NCBI GenBank assembly: GCA_964579345.1
Contig: CAZOHB010000001.1
Coordinates: 1-39,267, forward strand
DNA length: 39,267 nucleotides
Reading direction: 5' to 3'
Source: an uncultured Parasporobacterium sp.
GTDB taxonomy: Bacteria > Bacillota > Clostridia > Lachnospirales > Lachnospiraceae
Shown here: piece after piece, positions 21,079-29,400 of the stretch
Layout: every line of letters begins with the position of its first letter
How positions within the stretch are numbered: position 1 is the first letter of the stretch
Translations under genes and position numbers: made by a program
The notes under the pieces: model-generated
Database searches by the model: none
Told to the model about the DNA's origin: nothing
What the model saw: only the letters and a program-made list of their open reading frames with translations

Positions 21079-24000
21079 TTACTTCACCTTCACCTTAATC
21101 TTGAAGGTGACGCCGTTGATCTTGATCGTCACGGTCGTCTTGCCTTTTTTCGAGCCTTTGATTTTGACCTTGGTCGCGGTCGCCTTTGATGTCACTTTGG
21201 CGATCTTCTTGTTACCGGACTTGTAAACGTTTTTGACATCGGCTGCCTTGCCGGTGATTGCGACGGTCAGTGTTTTTCCCTTCTTTATATTATAAGTCGT
21301 CTTTGCCTTGAATTTTTTGCCGCCGACTTTGATCGTCGGGCTGGTCGTTACCTTGACTTTGCAGGTGAGTGGGGTTCCGCCCGGAAGCGTTGCCGTGATC
21401 GTCACCGTTCCCTTCTTCAGGGCGGTCACTTTTCCGGAAGCGGAAACTTTCGCAACCGCTTTGTTGGAAGACTTCCAGGACACCGCTTCTCCGTTCAGCA
21501 CCTTCAGCGTCAGTGTCTTGCCCGACTTCAAAGATGCGCTTGTCAGACTGAGGGTTGGAGCCGGAATGGTCACGGAATTATGGTCCTCGATCAGGACTTC
21601 ACCAAAGGGGTCCTCAAACCATTCCTTGCAGATCTCACAGACATAATATTCTTTGTGCCCGTCTTCCGTCTCGGTCACCGGTTTCGCTTCCACACAGATC
21701 ATCTCGTGAACATGCGGCGGGGCCGGCGGCTTCTCCGGCTGATATTCCTTAAACTCGATGTTCTCGTCCCCGTCGGCGAACCTCTGCGCTGCGCTTCCCT
21801 TGATTCCCCACATGACATACGGGAAACAGCGGACCGAGTATTCGCCCCATCCCGGCTCATAATCCGGATACCACTTGTCACGGTTAAACGCTTTTTCACC
21901 GATTGCGGTCACGCTCGGCGGGATGATCACGCTCTCCTCGAGCGTATTAACAAAGGCCATGTCCCCGATCTCCTGCACGGTATCTCCCAGGTCGATCTTG
22001 CTGAGCCAGGTACACCAGAAAGCTCCTTCCCCGATGGTCAAAAGACCGGACGGAAGTTTGATCTCTTCCAGTTTCGTGTTCAGGAACGCATAGTCGCCGA
22101 TGGAGAGAAGACTTCCCGGCAGTTCGACACTGACCGGCGGCCTGTCCGCGGGTGCACCGCTTCCATCGGAGAGATTTGCAAAGGCATAAGATCCGATCCC
22201 GGTGATTCCTTCCCGGATATCGATCTGCGTGATCTTTCCTTTAAACTTGCTCCAGGGAGCCGTGTCATCCGGAATCTCCCCTTCGCCATTAATTGTAAGA
22301 AGTCCCTTTTTCTCATTGAACGACCAGTGAATGTCTTCGATATCTCCTTCATTCCCGTCGATCCAGGGGAGCCCGTATTCCATTGCGTATATATACCCGG
22401 CGCTGTTCTTTCGGGCTATGATATAAAATCCCTCAACAGCCTCGTCCACTGTCGTTCCCGGATACCAGAAGCCAAATGCGTACGCTCCAATCTCACGGAC
22501 CGTCTTCGGAATTTCCACGAAAGTCATCTCGGTCGTATGGAAGGCTCTCTCCCCAATCGTTCTTACGCTTTCCGGGATCGTAATTGATTCCAGACAGGTA
22601 TCATAGAATGCGCAGCTTCCAATCGACACAAGATTTTCCGGTAATTCCAGGGTCTCGATTGAGGTTGCTGCAAACGCTCCGTCCGCAATCGTCTCCAACC
22701 GATCGCTTAAAATCAGCGTTCTCAGATTCTCGCAGCCATCAAAAGCTGACACCCCGACAGAAGTAACATCCAGATCAATCGATGCAAGACTCTCACAGCC
22801 TTCGAAGGTACTATCTTCGATAACGTCAACGCCGGACGGGATCCCGATACTTTTCAACGAAGTGCAATAAGCAAACGCTCTTTTGCCGATGGAGGTGATA
22901 TTGTCGTAATGTCCGAAAGGCCAGACAGAATACTCACCCTCGATCTTGACCTCGGTCAAAAAGGACAATCCGTCAAATGCCTCGTCCGGTATCGCTGTGA
23001 TCCTTTCATCAATATACAGTTCTTTGATCTCATTCTCAAAGTCTTTCCAGGGATATTCCTCACACGCAAAGGAGCCGTCTCCGTAAATGGTGAGCGCCAT
23101 TCCGTCTACCAGCCCTACACGGCCTTTAAGGTCCCAGTAATCCGATCCGGCAACACCCTGAATTCCCCTTTCAATCGTAATCTGGCTCGATGATTCAGCA
23201 TACCCCCTGATGGGATCTGTGTATGTCAGATACAGAATCTTTAACGGGTTCTTTTTTCCGGTGGATGCTTCCAGGCTGCTGTCCGGATTGTCCGGAAAAC
23301 TCGACGTAAAGCCGAGCGCCAGCGCCTCAATCGTCGTAAGACTTGCAGGAAGATAGATTTCCTTCAGTTTCGGGCAGGCGGAGAAAGCAAATTGTTCTAT
23401 TTTCAAAAGGCCGTCCGGAAGAATTGCCCACTCAAGATTCGGGCAGTCCATGAAGGCCTTTCTTCCAACAGCCGTAATGCCCGCTTTGATCACGACCGCT
23501 TTGATCTTGTCTTTAAAATAATTCCACGGCACATCGGTGGACTTCTCATAGCTTTCCATTGCTCCGTTTCCGGAGATGACCAATCTTCCCGTTCCGGGGT
23601 TAAAGTCATAACTGCAGCTTCCGGTTTCGCCGTGCAGGGAATGGTATTCGTATGAAATTCCGTTTTCAATTGCGTACGACTCTGCCACGCTTCCCTTTTC
23701 CACATACATCACAAGGCCGGGTACCTGATACAGCTTTCCATAATTATCCCGGCCCCATCCGATCGCCTGTTCTTCGATTGCCGTAACCGAAGCCGGAACC
23801 TCAATCGTTTTCAGATGACTGGTTCCACCGGCAAAAAAGGCACGGTAGCCGATCGTCTCGACCGAGGCTCCGATATGTACCTCTTCCAGATTCAGATACG
23901 TCTCTTCAAATGCCCTTTTCGAGATCGTTGTCATACCGTCTCCAATATAGATGCTTTTGACTTTGCCGGAATACGGATCCCATGGAGCGGTATTTGTCGC

Positions 24001-26049
24001 TCCATACTCCTCCATCGGACCGCTGCCTGCAATATGGAGTTCCTGCGAATTCTGATGATAGCGCCAGGAACAGTTGCCCAGGGTCTCTCCGACACAGATC
24101 TCATACGGAACGGAATTATTCCGTGCATAATTCAGGCCGGCAGAGTTTGCCATCACATAAAGTTTCGCGTCTTCTATCAGTTTTGTGGAATCTCCCGAAG
24201 TGACATAGCAGAGCGCCTGGCTGTCGATGGAAGTCACAGAATCCGGAATAAACAGCTCATTCACTTTGGTATTCAGGAAAGCTTCTCCCCCAATGGTCGT
24301 AAGACCCCGGCCCATCATAACGATTTCCAGAGACCGGCAGCCCTTGAATACCTGATACCCGATTGTTGTCAGCTGATCGGAATAGCTCACTTCCGAAAGC
24401 GCGGTACAGTTTTCGAACATGTTCATCGGCATTGTGGTCACATTCGGACCAAGCTGAACGCGCTCCAGATCTTTGCACTCCGCAAACGCATAGCCTCCGA
24501 TCGAAATCGTCTTCGCTCCTTCTCCACTTCCGAGGCTGAGCGAGGTCATCCCGCTTCCCGAGAACGCTTCGACGCTGATCGTTTGAATGCCCTTTCCAAA
24601 GTTCACATCGGCAAGGGAGGTGCAGCCTTTAAACGCGGCAACACCGATTTCGGTCACCGAATCCGGAAAGGAGATCTCATCTAATGCCGTACAGCCTTCA
24701 AACGCGCGCAGGCCGACCGATTCAACGGCCATTCCGGATTTCAGAGCCTGACTGTTAAACGTTACGCTTCTGAGATGCTTCAGATTCCGAAAGGCTTCCT
24801 CCCCGATGGACTGAAGTTTCCAATCATTAAACTCTACTGTTTCCAGATCTTTGAGCAGAGCGACGCCCTTTGACACGGTGTTAACTCCTTCTCCAAGCCA
24901 TCCCCTGCGTCCTCCGCCGATCACGAGATGGCGAACCTCGTGCTCCGCAACAAAGTCGCTCCAATACGGATCGGATGCAGCCGGGGTGGAATTGGTTTCG
25001 GAATTCCCCGCGCTTTGGATCCAGACGGTCTTCGTCGCCGGGTCGTAGATCCAGTCATTGTTATCGTAATTGGTAAAGAATTGTTTGTTATATAAGACGT
25101 CAAGGCCATTCGCCTTTCCGTATGCATCCGCTGCAGATCCTTCTTCTGTAAGAATGATCGGTGAGACACCCGACTTATTGCTGATCTCTCCGGATGCAGA
25201 AACGTCATATCCAAACGCCTTCTCACTGATGCTTGTAATCGTGGAAGGAATGTAGATACCGGCGTATTCGTACCCGCTTTTATGACCGGCAAAGGCGTAT
25301 TTTCCGATCTGCGCTTTCGTGTTTGCCCCGAAGGTGATCGCTTTTGCGTTGCTTTGAAGGAAGGCTCCTTCTCCGATCTTTTTTACGAAGGAAGTAATCA
25401 GGATCTCTTCGATGGAAGCATTCTTAAATGCGTAGTCTCCGATTTCCGCGCAATTCAGCCGCAGCTGCTTGATCGGACCAAATCCGCCGAATGCTTCTGC
25501 CCCGATTTTCGATGCGTTCAGGATCTGCTCTCTTGAAGTAACCGACAGAATGGAGTCGAAAAAAGCCCTTTCTCCGATCTCTGTCGCATTGCTCAGGTTG
25601 ATGCTCTTCAACTTTGTAAACCGGAACGCTTCTTTGCCGATTCTCATATTACCCATCAGCTGCACCGTCACCGGATCAGAATCCGATGACTCCCGTGCAA
25701 GACCGTAGAAGGCACCGTCTCCGATATTGACGGTATCATAAATATAAATGGATTTGATCTGCCTGCGGAACCAGATCCAGGGGACATCACTGTCATGCGT
25801 CTCCCCGTTCTGATCTGTCCAATACCTGGTTTTATAATGCTGATAATCCGGCATATAGGAAGTGGTGTTCTCTGAAGCTTTTCTGATCGTCAGCTTACCG
25901 GTCGCCTCATCAAACGTCCAGCTGAGGGTTCCTGTCGTCCCGGAGGTCGGATGCATCTCCGCCTTCGCAGGCCACACAACAAAAAGCAGCGCGAGCAAAG
26001 CCGCCGCAAACACGACTATGGAATACCGAAACACCTTCTGCTTAGTCAT
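21079..26049 (-). CDS. Secreted BspA-type leucine-rich-repeat (LRR_5-like) giant surface protein with a C-terminal Cys-motif and two Ig-like (Big_2-type) domains
   Basis: I chose the ATG at 26049 because AAAGGAGG lies upstream. The signal peptide is MTKQKVFRYSIVVFAAALLALLFVVWPAKA. Many IG..AF... LRR units are interspersed with about six W.F(D/N)...G.L.I.G.G...PW modules. The C-terminus has LSLTSASLKSGKTLTLKVLNGEAVSWKSSNKAVAKVSASGKVTALKKGTVTITA (Big_2-like) and ends FKIKVKVK. Confidence 0.85.
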   Translation of the reverse strand: MTKQKVFRYSIVVFAAALLALLFVVWPAKAEMHPTSGTTGTLSWTFDEATGKLTIRKASENTTSYMPDYQHYKTRYWTDQNGETHDSDVPWIWFRRQIKSIYIYDTVNIGDGAFYGLARESSDSDPVTVQLMGNMRIGKEAFRFTKLKSINLSNATEIGERAFFDSILSVTSREQILNASKIGAEAFGGFGPIKQLRLNCAEIGDYAFKNASIEEILITSFVKKIGEGAFLQSNAKAITFGANTKAQIGKYAFAGHKSGYEYAGIYIPSTITSISEKAFGYDVSASGEISNKSGVSPIILTEEGSAADAYGKANGLDVLYNKQFFTNYDNNDWIYDPATKTVWIQSAGNSETNSTPAASDPYWSDFVAEHEVRHLVIGGGRRGWLGEGVNTVSKGVALLKDLETVEFNDWKLQSIGEEAFRNLKHLRSVTFNSQALKSGMAVESVGLRAFEGCTALDEISFPDSVTEIGVAAFKGCTSLADVNFGKGIQTISVEAFSGSGMTSLSLGSGEGAKTISIGGYAFAECKDLERVQLGPNVTTMPMNMFENCTALSEVSYSDQLTTIGYQVFKGCRSLEIVMMGRGLTTIGGEAFLNTKVNELFIPDSVTSIDSQALCYVTSGDSTKLIEDAKLYVMANSAGLNYARNNSVPYEICVGETLGNCSWRYHQNSQELHIAGSGPMEEYGATNTAPWDPYSGKVKSIYIGDGMTTISKRAFEETYLNLEEVHIGASVETIGYRAFFAGGTSHLKTIEVPASVTAIEEQAIGWGRDNYGKLYQVPGLVMYVEKGSVAESYAIENGISYEYHSLHGETGSCSYDFNPGTGRLVISGNGAMESYEKSTDVPWNYFKDKIKAVVIKAGITAVGRKAFMDCPNLEWAILPDGLLKIEQFAFSACPKLKEIYLPASLTTIEALALGFTSSFPDNPDSSLEASTGKKNPLKILYLTYTDPIRGYAESSSQITIERGIQGVAGSDYWDLKGRVGLVDGMALTIYGDGSFACEEYPWKDFENEIKELYIDERITAIPDEAFDGLSFLTEVKIEGEYSVWPFGHYDNITSIGKRAFAYCTSLKSIGIPSGVDVIEDSTFEGCESLASIDLDVTSVGVSAFDGCENLRTLILSDRLETIADGAFAATSIETLELPENLVSIGSCAFYDTCLESITIPESVRTIGERAFHTTEMTFVEIPKTVREIGAYAFGFWYPGTTVDEAVEGFYIIARKNSAGYIYAMEYGLPWIDGNEGDIEDIHWSFNEKKGLLTINGEGEIPDDTAPWSKFKGKITQIDIREGITGIGSYAFANLSDGSGAPADRPPVSVELPGSLLSIGDYAFLNTKLEEIKLPSGLLTIGEGAFWCTWLSKIDLGDTVQEIGDMAFVNTLEESVIIPPSVTAIGEKAFNRDKWYPDYEPGWGEYSVRCFPYVMWGIKGSAAQRFADGDENIEFKEYQPEKPPAPPHVHEMICVEAKPVTETEDGHKEYYVCEICKEWFEDPFGEVLIEDHNSVTIPAPTLSLTSASLKSGKTLTLKVLNGEAVSWKSSNKAVAKVSASGKVTALKKGTVTITATLPGGTPLTCKVKVTTSPTIKVGGKKFKAKTTYNIKKGKTLTVAITGKAADVKNVYKSGNKKIAKVTSKATATKVKIKGSKKGKTTVTIKINGVTFKIKVKVK

Positions 26050-26086
26050 AGCATCCTCCTTTCGAATCGAGGGGAACAAACAAACT

Positions 26087-26269
26087 GCCTTACGTGAAAC
26101 AGCTGACTTTCAAACTGCTCGCAACGGCTCAACAAAGCCTCCGCTAACAGCTTCTAATGCGCTCAGATCGTCTAGCTTCGCGCATAAGAATCTGTAGCGC
26201 GGAGTCTTGATTCGCCTAAGAACGCTCGCCCAGGTTAGGTTTGAAAGTTCAGCTGTTTTCACGTAAGGC
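26087..26269. repeat. 183-nt imperfect palindrome (MITE/ERIC-like, long RNA stem-loop or inverton candidate) in the leader of the LRR gene
   Basis: The arm GCCTTACGTGAAACAGCTGACTTTCAAAC (26087-26115) pairs with 26239-26269 at 29 of 29 bases, with two 1-nt bulges. Inner helices are CTCCGC (26139-26144) with GCGGAG (26199-26204), and TTCTAATGCGC (26152-26162) with GCGCATAAGAA (26180-26190) at 10 of 11 positions. Confidence 0.7.
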
Positions 26270-26288
26270 TCTCTGAATTGTTCAATAA

Positions 26289-26408
26289 GGCGGGATTCCC
26301 CTTCCCTTCCGCCGCCTGCGCCAGCGGTTGATTGGTCCCGTGCGCGTTGGTAGCGCCAGCGGGGCCAATCAGAGCTGGGACATAGCTGGCGGCGGGGGGA
26401 ATCCCACC
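26289..26408 (-). repeat. Conserved structured 3'-flanking element, copy B, embedded in a 120-nt imperfect palindrome directly after the 2,593-aa gene stop codon
   Basis: The outer helices are GGGATTCCCC (26292-26301) with GGGGAATCCC (26396-26405), and CCGCCGCC (26309-26316) with GGCGGCGG (26388-26395). The middle helix is GATTGGTCCC (26330-26339) with GGGGCCAATC (26361-26370). The apex is GCGC-GTTGGTA-GCGC, inside the conserved block at 26340-26358. Confidence 0.65.
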
Positions 26409-26410
26409 TT

Positions 26411-29400
26411 TTATTTAACTTTCACTTTGATCTTGAAGGCAAATCCATTGACCTTGACGGTCACAGTCGCGGAGCCTTTCTTCAGCCCCTTGATCTTGAT
26501 CTTCGTCGCCGTCTTCTTCGAGATCACTTTCGCGATCTTCTTCTTACTCGTCGAGTAAACGTTATTTACACCCGGAGCTTTACCCGTGATCGTAATATTG
26601 AGCGTCTTGCCCTTCTTGACGGTGTACGTCGTCTTCTTCTTGAAGGCCTTCTTATTGATCTTGATCGTCGGATTCGACGAAACCGTGATCTTGCAGGTGA
26701 CCTTCTTTCCGTCGGCAAGCATCGCTGTAATCGTTGTCGAGCCTTTCTTCAGAGCTGTCACTTTTCCGGTCTTGGAAACTGTAGCGATTCCCGTCTTCGA
26801 GGATTTCCAAAGGGCCGGAATTCCGTTTGTTACTTTCAGTGTCAGCGTCTTGCCGGCCTTCAGCGAAGCTTTCTTCTTGCTGATCACAGGATCTCCGAAG
26901 AACGTGATGGTACTGTCGTGGTTCGTGATCTTCTCGGTTCCGAGTCCGTCATAGAACCACTCGCCGCAATCCTCGCAGATGTAGTACGGAATGTTGCCGG
27001 TCTCACCTTTTACAGCGTCCTTTCCAGGAACTGCTGTCAGGTTATGACCCGGTTCCGTAACCAGTTCCTCTTTCGTAATCGGCGTCGTTCCGGTTTCATC
27101 CGCGAAGAGATGACCGCAGGTCACACACTTGTAATGCTCTTTCATACCGTTCGCTCCGCACTTCACTGCAGCGGATTCCGCAACGAAGATCACGTCATGG
27201 CCGGTTGCAATCCAGAGATCGTCACGAACCACGTCCTCACCGTTCATTGCCGCCTCGATCTTCTTATCTAAGGAAGAATAACCGCAGACCTTACAAACAT
27301 CGTATGCCGGGCATCCGTCCGTGTCGCAGGTTGGGTGCACTTCCTTGTGATGTGTATAGGAGTGTCCCTTTGCAGGGATTTCCTTGAAGGTCGTGTAACC
27401 GCACTTCTTACAAGTATCGTACGCCTTATATCCCGACTCGATACAGGTCGCGTCTTTTCCCTCGAAGTGTTCCATATCGTGGCTTGCGGCTGCTGCCTTA
27501 AAGGTGTGCTCATGATCCACCGCTCCGCAGGAACAGCTCATGTAATAGGTCGCTCCCTTGCTGCAGTCGCCGGATACATAACAGTCGACCGACTGGGTCT
27601 GCTGATTGAAGTTATGGTTCGGAACAAGGTGGCTGTACTTCAGTACATCGTTATTATAATTGTAGTCTTCCAGGATGCGGTCTACCTCGTCCTCAGTGAG
27701 CTTAAGTTTCTGCACGGTTTCCGCATCATTCTCTGTTACATAAACGGTATAGTCATGCTTTTTACCGGAATCATCAAAGTCTGCCAAATTCTTCAGCGGC
27801 GTACCGCAGTTATTGAAATCGAGCTCTCCGTTCATATAGTAGACTTTTCCATCGAGATTGTAGAAGCCGTAGCCGCAGTTCTCAAAGGTGATCTTTCCGG
27901 TTCCTTTCAGGTAGATATCCTTATTATCGCCAGCCTGTACGGACTGTACGAACGCATGGTTACCTTTCAGCGTCAGGTTACCGTCGCCCTTAAAGGTAAT
28001 GTTTCCCTTGCCGCGGATAATGTTTCCAAGAAGGAAATTGCTTTCTCCGCCAAGCTTCTCAATATAGTTGTCTCCGATCAGCTCGATCGTCAGATCCTTC
28101 TTGGAGTAGATGACCGACTGTGACCGGACGTGTGCATACAGGAATTTCTCATATTCCACATCGATACCCATATCCGTGATACTGTAATTCTTCAGAGTCA
28201 GGGTCTTTGACGCTGCGTCATAATGGAAGCCGTCCCGCTCGAGATCGCCCGGATCCGATTTCGTAAGCGGAGCTCTTCCGACATAGACACCGTAATCATC
28301 GCCTTCCGGTTTCGTCCGGACCGGCTTCGTGTAGAAGTATTCGCCAATACCCTGCTTGTAATAAAGGACATATTCCGTATCCGGATCCAGACCCGTGAAT
28401 GCGACTTTGGAAGTCGTCCAGTGGTCACCATCCAGGGAGACGCAAAGGTCGCCTGCCTCCGGGAAGTCCGGATAGATCTCTGTCTCCGAGGTCTTGACGA
28501 CAATGTCATTGACATCCACCGTCTTCACGACGATCGAATCGCCGTCCTTCAGATCCGCCGTATATCTTCCGGCCCAGCTCGAAGCTGCTGCCGCAAAGTC
28601 CGGATCGCCGGTCTTCTCCACGCCTGTGAAGAATGTGCCGTCCACTTCCGGAATATCAATGCTTGCGTAATCCTTATACCGGATCGCCTCAATGTCTTTC
28701 TCATAAGCAACGCTGCCGTCCGGCTTCAGCGTCTTCACATGGACATCGATCGGATAGCCGTTGTCCAGCTGCGGCGCTTCGCCCTGCGTTGCGAAAATGG
28801 TTTTCTGCCTGTTTTCATTCACCCGCATATCGACGATGCCGTCGCCATTGCCGTCGACCGTAATATACAGCGGAATCTTCAGCGGTTCGGACGTCGCCGC
28901 GGTCGCAAACAGACTGTTCTCCACCTCGTCATAATCCACATACGCCGTGATCGCTTCCATCTGATCCAGATCCGGCTCGAGACGGATACTGCCGCCTTCC
29001 GTCTCCAGAAGCTCATCCAGATATACCGTCTTTCCTTTGACCAGGTTGAAATCCTTGACCCGGTATTTCGGAAGCGGCGGGATCGCTCTGCCGTCCAGGA
29101 CGGTTAAAGCTCCCGGCACGTTGAAGATACCGTAATCACTGCCGGCACCCCAGGTTCCATGAATCTCTGTCCGCGGATCGATTTCTCCGTTGACATAAAC
29201 TTTCATGTCTGCCTCGTCCGCAAACCCCACTTCGACATTATCGCCGTTCGGGTTCAGGTCGATGATGACTTTCGGTCCATCGATGGTTCCGCGCATAAAG
29301 GACTTCATGGTGTCCGTCGGGTTCTCCGGATCTACATGATAGCCATATGCCTTGAAGGTATACTCTGCGAAGGAGGTCCAGGAGAATCCTTTCTGGAACA

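Noticed and set aside
20957-21226. A pair of similar small plus-strand ORFs (20957..21226 and 26328..26558) sharing RVGSA...DIAGGGGNPTFY and hydrophobic tails
   Set aside because: The hydrophobic part is simply the antisense reading of the Lys-rich 3' ends of the giant genes (AAG/AAA read as CTT/TTT). The shared N-terminal part comes from the conserved nucleotide blocks of the 3' element. The intervening 26 nt keep their pairing but not their peptide sequence. The start codons are GTG and TTG with no Shine-Dalgarno sequence. An RNA or DNA structure explains the conservation better than coding.
26340-26408. Possible tRNA or tRNA-like gene on the plus strand, because GCGC-GTTGGTA-GCGC looks like a D-arm and GGGGAATCCCACC looks like a T-arm/acceptor end at about the right spacing
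   Set aside because: I could not fold an acceptor stem, since the 5' flank GGTCCCG does not pair with the 3' TCCCACC. I also could not fold an anticodon arm or a 5-bp T stem (GGCGG with CCCAC gives only 3 of 5 pairs). The same failure applies to copy A. At most this is a tRNA-derived remnant.
26289-26413. An integron attC-like site: an imperfect palindrome directly after an ORF, with structure conserved more than sequence, and two copies bracketing the LRR gene like a cassette
   Set aside because: The window has no intI integrase. No convincing R''/R' core sites (RYYYAAC/GTTRRRY) lie at the element ends; the only GTTAGGT is inside the other palindrome. Copy A lacks the second arm, and a 5-kb cassette would be atypical.
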